From: an uncultured virus (IMG/VR IMGVR_UViG_3300046167_000780)
Taxonomy: Duplodnaviria > Heunggongvirae > Uroviricota > Caudoviricetes > Demerecviridae
Reading direction: 5' to 3' (one strand)
Length of the DNA stretch: 29,120 bases
IMG/VR virus record: IMGVR_UViG_3300046167_000780
The notes under the pieces were generated by a model, which saw nothing but the letters and a program-made list of their open reading frames with translations, was not told where the DNA came from and made no database searches. The number at the start of each line of letters is the position of its first letter. Within the stretch, counting starts at the first letter, position 1. The translations under genes were made by a program, and so were the position numbers. Below are positions 1 to 9,025 of the stretch, one piece after another.

Positions 1-1244
1 CAAGTGACAATTACGCATACCCGTACCTTGTGCATCAGGCGCTTCTCCGAGCTCCATTGCAAGCTTTCGCGAAGCAGTCTCCGCAGCAGACTTAATGTGC
101 CAGAACATAGCCATATTACGTCCTTTCGCCATTGCCGATTCAAACGGAATGTTGTGCCGTTGTAAATAGGCATGAAACCCCATCGCCCCCAAGCCAATTG
201 ATCTCTCCCTCTCCGCACTATAGCGTGCTTTCTCTAATTCATTCGGAGCGTGAGCAATAAAGTAAGTAATTACGTTATCAAGCATTCGTACTAGGTCAGG
301 AATGAAGTCAGGATTGTTACTCCAAGAATCATACTCCTCTAAATTCACACTTGATAGACAACATACTGCGGTACGCTCTTCGTTTGTTGGTAGTGTAATC
401 TCACTACACAGATTAGACTGGTGTACTTGCAAGCCTAAATCTTTCTGACAATCTGGCAATGCTTCCTGTACAGTATCACCAAACATAATGTAAGGCTCTC
501 CAGTCTCAACACGATTCTGAATCAACTTTACCCACAGCGCTTTTGCACTGATAGTCTTGATTACATGCCCAGAGTTAGGATCCACGAGAGGCCAGCTATC
601 ATCAAAGCCCTCATGCTTCGTCGCGCCCTCGATGAGCTCCATGAAAGCATCAGGCACGACCACTCCATGATGCAGATTAGTAGACTTACGGTTAATATCA
701 CCTCCAGTAGGTTTACGAACATCTAAAAACTCCTCGATCTCTGGATGGTTCATTGGTAGATATGCAGCATAGCTTCCTCGACGAGTAACGCCTTGAGAGA
801 ATGCAAGCATCTCTGCGTCAACTACTTTCAAAAAAGGAATAACTCCAGTTGACTCAGACCCCGCTGAGGTCTTAGATCCTACACTACGGACATCGCCCCA
901 GTATCCTCCGACCCCGCCGCCGACCGAAGAAAGAAACGCATTCTCGGTGTAGTGGCCTGTAATTCCTGAACGACTGTCTTCAGCATAGTTAAGAAGCAAG
1001 AGATAGGAAGGCCGCGCTTAGTACCACCGTTCGACAAGATTGGTGTGCTAAACATAAACCATAGCTTACTTGCATAGTCATACAGTCGTTGTGCGTGTGC
1101 TTCGTCATCTGCGAAAGCTTCTGCGGCGCGAGCGAAAGCCTGCTGTGGAGAACCTTCTCCGCCTACAAGATAGCGATCTTGTAAGGTTTTTATACTAAAT
1201 TCGGAAAGATAACGATCTCTCCTAAAATCAATTTCTATATTCAT
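1..1244 (-). CDS. nrdA: Class Ia ribonucleotide reductase alpha subunit; runs off the left edge; interrupted by a 1-nt frameshift at about 988-995
   Basis: The frame starting at 1244 gives ...FMFSTPILSNGGTKRGLPISCF. A second frame from 990 down to 1 continues NYAEDSRSGITGHYTENAFLSSVGGGVGG...SQGVTRRGSYAAYL...GEPYIMF...SNLCSEITL...VCCLSSVNL...RSIGLGAMG, which contains the RNR NLCxEI catalytic motif. No N-terminal ATP cone is evident. Confidence 0.95.
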
Positions 1245-2073
1245 TTATTACTCGCTCAATATCAACAATGTTGTCTTGACCTATAGCGTCATCGCAAAAG
1301 GTCATTAAATCCATCAACTCGTAGTTTACGAGTAATTGTTCACAATTTGCATTCAGTTCTTGAATGTACTTGTATCTGCTATCAAGTGGCACGGCTTCAT
1401 AAATATCCCAAGCACTGCCATATTGCTCGATGAGCTGAACGGCACGCTTTGGGCCGATCCCAGGAATACCAGCAACATTGTCACCTTTATCTCCTGTAAG
1501 ACACTTCATTGAGATGTACATCTCGGGTGGAATGTCATAGTGCTCACGCCAATTGTCTAGTCTTACTTCTTTTCGAGTAACATAAGAGAATCTACCAACA
1601 TTTTCTTGTATCAGTAAGTCCCAGTCACGGTCACTCGAGATGAGCCAAACATACTCTAAATCGTACTTGTCTTTAAACTTCACGAGGTGTGCAGCTAGAT
1701 CGTCTGCCTCTACACCTTTATATCGAAGGACTGGGTAGTCTTCTGCAAGCACTTCGAGGCTTGCTTCGAACTCTTCGAAGAACTCTTGGAATGCAATTCG
1801 TTCTGCTTCTGTCTGTTCTGCGAATTTGTCCTTGCGATTCTGTTTATAATCAGGTGAGATGCCCTTACGATACGAAGATGATCCCCAGTCCGAACAAATA
1901 ATAATTCGTTTGCAATCATAAGATTTTGCTAAGCTCTTTACCGTAGACTGATAATCATACCTAAAGTCTGTACGGCCTTGATGCTTCCAACGAAACGCTA
2001 GGTTTAGTGCATCGACAATTAGAGTAGCGTTTGCTTCATCATTGACCATTTTATCAGTCATGTTAAACGCCAT
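1228..2073 (-). CDS. D15: T5 D15-like 5'-3' exonuclease / flap endonuclease
   Basis: Motifs IVDALNLAFRWKH, GVEADD, ISSDRDWDLL and GDKGDNVAGIPGIGPKRA; position matches T5 gene order. Confidence 0.93.
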   Translation of the reverse strand: MAFNMTDKMVNDEANATLIVDALNLAFRWKHQGRTDFRYDYQSTVKSLAKSYDCKRIIICSDWGSSSYRKGISPDYKQNRKDKFAEQTEAERIAFQEFFEEFEASLEVLAEDYPVLRYKGVEADDLAAHLVKFKDKYDLEYVWLISSDRDWDLLIQENVGRFSYVTRKEVRLDNWREHYDIPPEMYISMKCLTGDKGDNVAGIPGIGPKRAVQLIEQYGSAWDIYEAVPLDSRYKYIQELNANCEQLLVNYELMDLMTFCDDAIGQDNIVDIERVINEYRN

Positions 2074-2509
2074 GTAAAAACTCCACTTTCTCTTCTTTTA
2101 GCCATACATCTGCCAGCAGAATGTAACAGCCTAACCACTCTAAGTACATCCAGTGATCTGTGACTTCAGGAAGAACGTCAGTAACAACAAATACCGCTGA
2201 CCGATTGTATTTGAAAAACAATAAAGGCTCCTGGTTACCGCCTTCTGCTTGTTGTATTAACTTCTTCCACCATTTAATTAAATTGTTTGTTCGTGGGGCT
2301 GTGAAAACTTTATCACTCAAAGGAGAACTTTCATAGTTTTTTACTTCGATACAAAAGCGATTCTTTGCATGAGGTACATATAAGTCTCCTTTGAGGTAGT
2401 CGAGAGCACCAGAACTTGGTACTCTCTCAAACTGTAAGCCTGTTGATTCTCTAAGCAAGTCTCGTACTAGATATTCTCCGCGAGCCCCCTTTGCTCTACT
2501 ATCAACCAT
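2063..2509 (-). CDS. D14: D14-like PD-(D/E)xK nuclease / Holliday junction resolvase
   Basis: MVDSRAKGARGE...ERVPSSGA...KGDL...IEVKNY; lies between D13 and D15. Confidence 0.88.
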   Translation of the reverse strand: MVDSRAKGARGEYLVRDLLRESTGLQFERVPSSGALDYLKGDLYVPHAKNRFCIEVKNYESSPLSDKVFTAPRTNNLIKWWKKLIQQAEGGNQEPLLFFKYNRSAVFVVTDVLPEVTDHWMYLEWLGCYILLADVWLKEEKVEFLHGV

Positions 2510-2720
2510 TTATTTCGTTACCCATTAAGATTTCACCCATCATTTCGTACTTTTCATGATACTCAGCACACTTTGCCAGCTCTTCTTCAATCGCTGCCAT
2601 TATATCCGGATGCTCTCCGATACCCACAGGATTCTGCAGGTAAACCAGCACATTCGCTTTGTGATACCTCACTTTCCCCGCCAGATAGCTCATCATGCTG
2701 TCTGCTATTACGTTCTTCAT
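2502..2720 (-). CDS. Conserved small phage protein (NPVGIGEHPDI motif)
   Basis: ORF with upstream AGGAG; stop overlaps the D14 start; motif recalled from aquatic phage hypothetical proteins. Confidence 0.75.
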   Translation of the reverse strand: MKNVIADSMMSYLAGKVRYHKANVLVYLQNPVGIGEHPDIMAAIEEELAKCAEYHEKYEMMGEILMGNEING

Positions 2721-2790
2721 TATCTCTCTCCTTTATCATGTGGTGTATTAACCGTCTACGATTATGTTGCATACGTCTTACGTGACCCAT
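2587..2790 (-). CDS. Possible small protein with a basic N-terminus, coupled to D13
   Basis: ATG overlaps the D13 stop (TAATG) and fills the 2721-2790 gap, but the ORF overlaps the next gene by 134 nt. Confidence 0.4.
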   Translation of the reverse strand: MGHVRRMQHNRRRLIHHMIKERDNEERNSRQHDELSGGESEVSQSECAGLPAESCGYRRASGYNGSD

Positions 2791-4586
2791 TATTGCTCCA
2801 GTTTGCTGACATTACCTGACTTAACTACTTCTACTTTGTCTAGTAATGGATGTGTCCAACCATGACTTACAACGTAGGTATTTAAATCTTCTTCCAATAA
2901 AACTTCTACTAGCTTCTCTCTGCCGACGTCGTCTAGTACTGCTATAACTTCGTCCAAAAAGAGAATATTAATTTTAGACTTCGAGATACTACTCATGAGC
3001 TTACGTATAGCTATTAGAGTAGCAGTGTTCACCCTTGCCAACTCTCCACTAGAGAGAGCAAGAATATCCACAATGTTACCATTATCAGTGATTTGCACAT
3101 TAAGTTTATCATTTGATACTACGAACTCCAGTGTAAAACGTCCATCGGATAATTCTGCCAGATAGTAATTTGTGAGCTCTTCCAACTCTTTTACCAAATT
3201 CTCTATCTTGTACGCAAGTAATCCATTTGTACTGAAGGCTTTCTTCAATACTTCCAAGTGTCCTGCGGTTGCTCCTTCGAGGTCGAGAAGCTCTTGCAAT
3301 TCGAACAGCTCTGCCTCGAACTCTTCAGTTTGTTCAAGTACTACTTGGATTCTGGTGTTTCGTTTAGTGATCTGCTCATTTTCTCGTGTAAGTCGAATAA
3401 TTCGTTCTTTTGCGTCCGATATTCTTTTCGAAATGCCTTCAGCCCTGCTCTTAAGCTCATCAGGATCCAGCGTAGATGCTGGAAGACTGTTGTCAACGCT
3501 TCGAAACAATTCCTGCCAATCACTTTCAATTTTGCGAGCATGTTGGTACTCTGCATTGTCTCGTTTAATTTGTGATATTCTTCCGTCAATTTCATCTTGT
3601 CTTTCTCTCGCTTCGGCAACTTTCTTTGCCTCTGCATCAATTAATGCCTGTTTAAAAGAAGCATCTACAGATTGTTCACAAGTGGGGCAGTGATCTCCGA
3701 GTTTGCTCAACTTATGTAAAACATTCTTTGACCCCGTTACGACCCCGCTTAAGGTTCCTAACTCACTTTGAAAATCATCATATGATTGTAGTCCAGATAC
3801 TTTACAATTCTGTGCCTCTTCGATATTTATCTTAGCGAGCAGATCTTTGTAAGTATTATTCTGAGAAATTTTTCTATTTTTCTCAGAAATATTTTTAATT
3901 TCAATCATAAGAGTGGCGAGCTCTTGTTCGTCTTCTATGGTCTCAATTGAAATTTCAGACGTAGGCAGTATGGATGTATCACTCAATTTGTTACTTGATA
4001 ACCACTTTTCAATTGTCGCTATCTTCGATTCAATACTATTGAGGTTTAACGTACTCTTTCGAGCTTCTTCTTTGAATAAATCAAAGAGCTTCACATAATG
4101 CTCTAGGTGTAAAAGATCAATGAGAAACTTTTTACGGTTCGTATCTGTTGCAGTAAGAAACTGTAGACTGCTATTTGTGTTTTGATATACCAACTGAGAG
4201 AAGGTTTTAAAGTCGATTCCAATAATATCTTGGAGTGTCTTGTATGTATTGGTCGCTGTATGAGAACTAATATCCTCTCCATTTTCCAGCAGCTTAAGCT
4301 TAATAGTAGACTTACGATCAATAATAACATCATATCTCTTGTCATCCTTCGTAAACTCAAGGTGTATATTATAGCCCTGGTTTACATACCGGTTTGGTAT
4401 ATCTGCTTTTTTAATTCCTTTTGAGTTCTTGTTGTACAGTGCTTCTTCAATAATTAACGGGATGGAGGACTTCCCCATCCCGTTAGTACCAATAAGTTGT
4501 GTCACAGTAGTACTACTTAGATCCAGCTCATTGTCAGCGCCGTAGCTAAAACAATTACTCCATTTCAACTTTTGTAGCGTAATCAT
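2790..4586 (-). CDS. D13: SbcC/Rad50-like recombination ATPase (T5 D13)
   Basis: Walker A GTNGMGKSS, coiled coils with CPTC zinc hook, signature LSSGE, Walker B LFLDE, VSH. Confidence 0.95.
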   Translation of the reverse strand: MITLQKLKWSNCFSYGADNELDLSSTTVTQLIGTNGMGKSSIPLIIEEALYNKNSKGIKKADIPNRYVNQGYNIHLEFTKDDKRYDVIIDRKSTIKLKLLENGEDISSHTATNTYKTLQDIIGIDFKTFSQLVYQNTNSSLQFLTATDTNRKKFLIDLLHLEHYVKLFDLFKEEARKSTLNLNSIESKIATIEKWLSSNKLSDTSILPTSEISIETIEDEQELATLMIEIKNISEKNRKISQNNTYKDLLAKINIEEAQNCKVSGLQSYDDFQSELGTLSGVVTGSKNVLHKLSKLGDHCPTCEQSVDASFKQALIDAEAKKVAEARERQDEIDGRISQIKRDNAEYQHARKIESDWQELFRSVDNSLPASTLDPDELKSRAEGISKRISDAKERIIRLTRENEQITKRNTRIQVVLEQTEEFEAELFELQELLDLEGATAGHLEVLKKAFSTNGLLAYKIENLVKELEELTNYYLAELSDGRFTLEFVVSNDKLNVQITDNGNIVDILALSSGELARVNTATLIAIRKLMSSISKSKINILFLDEVIAVLDDVGREKLVEVLLEEDLNTYVVSHGWTHPLLDKVEVVKSGNVSKLEQ

Positions 4587-5514
4587 TAAATATACCTACT
4601 ATCTGTGGTATCCTCTGCTCTGGTATCTCCAGAATATAAGATAGATACTCTACTAACTCTTCTTGAATGCTCATCTCTTTGTCCATGACAAGAGTAGCCT
4701 CACTACTTCGTTTTACAACTTTCTTGTCAAGAAGTTCGGTGTTCTTGACATTTGCAAGCTCTTGTATATCACCTTCTATCTCATAGATTGTGTGGTGATA
4801 GTCTGTAGGTACCATTTCGTCTGTACTTGACACGGTTTTCCGTATAAGTTGGGGCAGTTCAAACGGTTCCCACATCCACTCCCAATTCTGTGGATTTATT
4901 AATAAGTAGCCGGTGCTGACCTCATTCCGGTGAAACGAGGTTGTCATAGGACTACCTGGATATACAATATTGCGTTGCGTGTTACTATGGGCGTGTAAGT
5001 CGCCTGCAAACACTACTGGAAAGTCCTCAAATCTATCTAAGTCCACTTCGGGCTTGACGTGTGGGGGTATCTCTCCTCGAACATGAGTGAACAGAGGTTT
5101 AGTCTGGTCAAACAGTTCAATAGCATTTTTACGATGAAGATCTGCGTAGGGTAATACTCCAAATCCAAAATCATTGTCATAGTACGACATATCAACTACT
5201 TTTACAAGCGGGTTAATATCTCTGGAAACTTTCTTCAATTGAGTAAAGAAAGTCTTGTTTTTCTTTGTAGCTTCGTGATTGCCATCATAGACAAGAGTTG
5301 GGATACTTACCTTCGAGATAAACTCAAAGTAAAGCTCCAACTCTTCCATGTTCGGCAGACGGTCAAATAAATCACCACCAATAATGTGCATATTGCACTG
5401 CTTTTCTAGTCCGTGGACTTGCTCGAAAAACTTTCTGTAGCGATCAGTAGCCCACTCACGAGGTACATTCTTCTGTCCTAGCTTGATGTGCCAGTCTGCC
5501 GTAAATAAGATCAT
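4555..5514 (-). CDS. D12: SbcD/Mre11-like nuclease (T5 D12)
   Basis: Metallophosphoesterase motifs ADWH, GGDLFD, GNHE, AGDLH, YPGSP. Confidence 0.95.
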   Translation of the reverse strand: MILFTADWHIKLGQKNVPREWATDRYRKFFEQVHGLEKQCNMHIIGGDLFDRLPNMEELELYFEFISKVSIPTLVYDGNHEATKKNKTFFTQLKKVSRDINPLVKVVDMSYYDNDFGFGVLPYADLHRKNAIELFDQTKPLFTHVRGEIPPHVKPEVDLDRFEDFPVVFAGDLHAHSNTQRNIVYPGSPMTTSFHRNEVSTGYLLINPQNWEWMWEPFELPQLIRKTVSSTDEMVPTDYHHTIYEIEGDIQELANVKNTELLDKKVVKRSSEATLVMDKEMSIQEELVEYLSYILEIPEQRIPQIVGIFNDYATKVEME

Positions 5515-6137
5515 CCGATGTTAAACTCATCTTCCAAGGATTCATCAATATCGCCCGCTGCATCTTCACGAATCTCATCGAGAAGAGTCTTCTGGGCGTC
5601 TGGTGTAGGACGAGGCATAACGTCATCCATAGACTTTAGATCTGCAATCGCTGACATCTCGCTTTCGCTAAGAGCACGCTGCTTGCACTTCAGTACTTGT
5701 AACTGGTACTCTACGTTGTAAGGAAGAGGTCCAGTCTTGACACGCTTGAACTTAACGTCCCAACCTGTCTCTGGGTCTGTAGGATCGCCCAGATCTTCTG
5801 CTGCTGTAAGAATGGCTTCGAACAGCTTCTTCTTGAGATTGATGATTTTTACTTCACCGTTGTCAATACACTGCATTGCGTAGCTCCACCCACACTTTAG
5901 GTCGGGGTAGTACTCGCGAATCCAGTCTTTCTCAAGATTGTTGAATCGCTCTTCGTTACGGTCGAAAGACAAGCACTCAAAAGGAATGTTCTTGCCGTTC
6001 TTACCTTCGAGCCAGTAAACGTATCGTGCGAGTACGTCACCTACGAGACGAACTTCGTTGTCTCCATCTCGGTATGCGTAAGAAGTGATTGATGATTTTT
6101 TAGCGCCGCCAGCGGCTTTGTTGAATGATAGTGCCAT
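5511..6137 (-). CDS. D11: T5 D11-like single-stranded DNA-binding protein
   Basis: RLVGDVLARYVYW, LGDPTDPETGWDVKFKRVKTGPLPYNVEYQL and an acidic C-terminal tail; synteny. Confidence 0.88.
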   Translation of the reverse strand: MALSFNKAAGGAKKSSITSYAYRDGDNEVRLVGDVLARYVYWLEGKNGKNIPFECLSFDRNEERFNNLEKDWIREYYPDLKCGWSYAMQCIDNGEVKIINLKKKLFEAILTAAEDLGDPTDPETGWDVKFKRVKTGPLPYNVEYQLQVLKCKQRALSESEMSAIADLKSMDDVMPRPTPDAQKTLLDEIREDAAGDIDESLEDEFNIG

Positions 6138-6538
6138 TAGTGTATGTTCTCCTGTGTGACTTCTTCGTATAGAAAATGAACTTTGTCATTATCTACACGT
6201 AGTAGGCTGTTGTCTTCAAAAAATTCTTGTTCTATCTCGCATTGGAGTAGATCAAGTGTAGTGTCCCCAGTGATTAAATAGTCCGCGTACGGACGCATGG
6301 AAGCTACTGCGAGATACTGGGCAATCTCGCGGTACTCATACTTGTATGCGTTATGAAGCAATACATCTGGATGAAGAAGAAAGGATTCGCCAGTAAAATG
6401 CTTGTCAGCAAATTTATAGATGTCATCATATTTGTTCTTCGGTATCGCCTTCGTTACAAGCATTTTAAAGATAATGAACATCGCCAGTGGACTTCCATCT
6501 GCCGCTTCAAAGATCTTTTTCCAATCGTAGAATAACAT
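6137..6538 (-). CDS. Conserved T5-like hypothetical protein between D10 and D11
   Basis: 133-aa ORF coupled to D11 by TAATG; synteny. Confidence 0.8.
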   Translation of the reverse strand: MLFYDWKKIFEAADGSPLAMFIIFKMLVTKAIPKNKYDDIYKFADKHFTGESFLLHPDVLLHNAYKYEYREIAQYLAVASMRPYADYLITGDTTLDLLQCEIEQEFFEDNSLLRVDNDKVHFLYEEVTQENIH

Positions 6539-6567
6539 ATTATACTCTCATTTGAGGCATTTGTCAA
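6539..6567 (-). promoter_or_regulatory. Sigma70-type early promoter
   Basis: TTGACA (6567-6562), 17 nt, TATAAT (6544-6539), upstream A-tract. Confidence 0.85.
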
Positions 6568-6584
6568 GAAGTATTTTTCTATGT

Positions 6585-7868
6585 TCAAAGCTGTTTAATT
6601 TGATAACCTTGTTTCATGTAGTAGCCCATTCTGTTAGACGCTTGTCTTTGGGCCGTCTTTCCCTTTAAGTGAATATCAATAATTACTGGATCGCGCTTAT
6701 TATCATGTTTCCTAACAACCCGCCCGATAAGTTGGGTAAGTAAGGGTTCATTATTAATAGGAGTGGCAAGTATAAGGCAAGAAAGAGTATTAACGGATAT
6801 ACCTTCACTAAAAATTGCTTGAGTTCCATATAAAACATTCTTATCTCCATGTAAAATTTCGCTTATAAGTTGTTCTCTTTGCTCATGTGGTACCTCGCCC
6901 GTAACACATATAGCTTTTTCACCAGTCAGTTCGGCGCAGCTCTTTAAGAAATGAACTCGATCTGACACCACGAGCACCTTGTGGCCTCGTGCGGCGTATG
7001 CGGCTGCTAACATCGCGACAGAGTGGCGATACTCGTCGTTATTTGCGATAGTATTGACTCGCTTAGCCCAAGGGATGCTGGCCCCATCGGGAAACCTAAC
7101 CTCACTTCTGTATATGTGAATACTTGGCGTGAGGAAATTCTCTTTCGGTGGTTTGAAAATATTCGGGCTGAAGTAGTCTCTGAAGACAACGTGCTTTCCG
7201 TCCTTCCGCTCGATGGTGCCAGACAGTCCAATCTTATACCGAGCATGACTGGTATCAATAATCTTAGCAAATGTTGGCGATGAAACATGGTGCATCTCAT
7301 CTAGTATTATAGTTCCGAATTCTTTTCGGATTTTCTCGATATTCCTATACAAAGTCTGAGTATTCCCGATAACAATAGGGCTATCAAGCTCAAACCTACC
7401 ACTCCCAATAATGCCGGGACTAAATCCATAAACTTTCTCCACTTCTTTGGCCCATTGATTTCGTAGAGGCACAGTATGCGTCACTACAAGTGTTTTTTGG
7501 CCTAATTTTCCTGCAATTGCAAGACCTGTAAAGGTCTTTCCCCAACTTACCCACGCGTTGATGATACAGTTATCATCGAGGGCATTATAGACGTCTTGTT
7601 GACTTTGACGTAAATCAAACTTAAACTCAGGAAAAGTAATGTCAACAGACAGCCGTTTTTCAACAATTTCATAGTCATTTGGTATAAGGTCCGTTCGTCC
7701 GATTGGTATAGATACCAGATTTTCGCGCACCCGTTGCAGATTCTTAATGATCTGTGGAGGGTCATTCGGATTTTGAGAAGGTATCTTGTAAGTAAGCTCA
7801 TCCGAGAGTACCTTTCGATACTCCGGACTACACTCCATAAAAATACGGTTGCTAAGCACTGCTTTCAT
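6585..7868 (-). CDS. D10: SF2 DEAD/H-box helicase (T5 D10)
   Basis: WGKT, ILDEMHH, GLSGT, FSEGIS, QLIGRVVR. Confidence 0.93.
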   Translation of the reverse strand: MKAVLSNRIFMECSPEYRKVLSDELTYKIPSQNPNDPPQIIKNLQRVRENLVSIPIGRTDLIPNDYEIVEKRLSVDITFPEFKFDLRQSQQDVYNALDDNCIINAWVSWGKTFTGLAIAGKLGQKTLVVTHTVPLRNQWAKEVEKVYGFSPGIIGSGRFELDSPIVIGNTQTLYRNIEKIRKEFGTIILDEMHHVSSPTFAKIIDTSHARYKIGLSGTIERKDGKHVVFRDYFSPNIFKPPKENFLTPSIHIYRSEVRFPDGASIPWAKRVNTIANNDEYRHSVAMLAAAYAARGHKVLVVSDRVHFLKSCAELTGEKAICVTGEVPHEQREQLISEILHGDKNVLYGTQAIFSEGISVNTLSCLILATPINNEPLLTQLIGRVVRKHDNKRDPVIIDIHLKGKTAQRQASNRMGYYMKQGYQIKQL

Positions 7869-8527
7869 TAGAGACCCAACTGATCCTTTGCTATGATATA
7901 GTTTTTAACAAAACTACTTCGTACAATATCGTGAATTTCGAAGTCTACTATGTCAAACATATCTGTAGCTTTCAATACGCGAATAAAGTCTCGTAGTCCG
8001 TTCTTTGATAGATCCGCCTGTCGAAAATCTCCGCAGAATATAACTCTACAGCCTTCTCCGACACGAGTAATAATTGAATCTAGCTCATGAAAAGACATAT
8101 TCTGACACTCATCTACAATAATCGTAGCGTTACGTAGAGTAACTCCACGAATAAAAGATGTAGTCATAAAATGTACTAATGCTTTTGTTTTTAAGATTTG
8201 ATACGCATCGCCCCGCTGAAACAGCTCTATACAAATATCTTTGTAAGGCTCTTCATACACTGACGCTTTTTCTTTCTCGGTTCCTGGAAGGAATCCTATA
8301 TCCCGAGTAGGAACTGCACTACGAATTAATACGAGCTTATCATATTCACCTTTAATCATGTCATCAAAGGCAAAATAGCAAGCAATAAACGTCTTGCCTG
8401 TTCCTGCTACCCCATGCAGAACCATGTTCTTGTCGCTTTCAAAAGCTCGAAGCTGGTTCTGGGTGAGCGGTTCAATCTCTTGCAACTCTAAGTTTGCACC
8501 CTGTAAAGTTTTAGATCGTTTACCCAT
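7868..8527 (-). CDS. phoH: PhoH family ATPase
   Basis: HGVAGTGKT, IGFLPG, FIRGVTL, IIVDECQN, CGDFRQADL, DIVRS. Confidence 0.95.
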   Translation of the reverse strand: MGKRSKTLQGANLELQEIEPLTQNQLRAFESDKNMVLHGVAGTGKTFIACYFAFDDMIKGEYDKLVLIRSAVPTRDIGFLPGTEKEKASVYEEPYKDICIELFQRGDAYQILKTKALVHFMTTSFIRGVTLRNATIIVDECQNMSFHELDSIITRVGEGCRVIFCGDFRQADLSKNGLRDFIRVLKATDMFDIVDFEIHDIVRSSFVKNYIIAKDQLGL

Positions 8528-8530
8528 AAT

Positions 8531-9025
8531 TTATACTTTTCTTCGAGTGTCCTCACGACGGTCTTCGGAATACTCGTATAATACCCAAGGTAGGGTTCCA
8601 TAGTGTAAAACCCCAGCATACCGCATATCACTTGCTGGAGGTCTTGGTATTACAAAAGTGTTTTTAACGCCGTCAAGTTTAAGAAGAGACGCTGTATCCT
8701 TTTGTATTATTGACTTTATTCTGTAGTATTTTAGCTTACAAAACTCAGTCTTTTCATAGATGAACGGTATACCATTCGTGTCTATAAAATGCTTTTCTTT
8801 CGATTTGAGTATACCTCGAAAGTTATCAACTTGCTGTTTGAGGGGATGAAGGTTTCTATGAGGACTTTGTAGGCGACGTATGCCCAAAGTATCCCCGCCC
8901 ATATTTCTATCATCTACTATTGCTCCATCTAAGAAGAGTAGCCCGTCTCGTCTATCCCAGTTACCTGAAGGTAGAATATAGACGGGAAACCGTACTTTGT
9001 TAATATTTTTATACTGTATCACCAT
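8531..9025 (-). CDS. Conserved T5-like protein downstream of DNA polymerase
   Basis: Likely start MVIQYKNINKVRFPVY at 9025; the track start at 9205 overlaps pol. Contains GDTLGIRRLQ and a C-terminal TRRKV. Confidence 0.8.
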   Translation of the reverse strand: MVIQYKNINKVRFPVYILPSGNWDRRDGLLFLDGAIVDDRNMGGDTLGIRRLQSPHRNLHPLKQQVDNFRGILKSKEKHFIDTNGIPFIYEKTEFCKLKYYRIKSIIQKDTASLLKLDGVKNTFVIPRPPASDMRYAGVLHYGTLPWVLYEYSEDRREDTRRKV

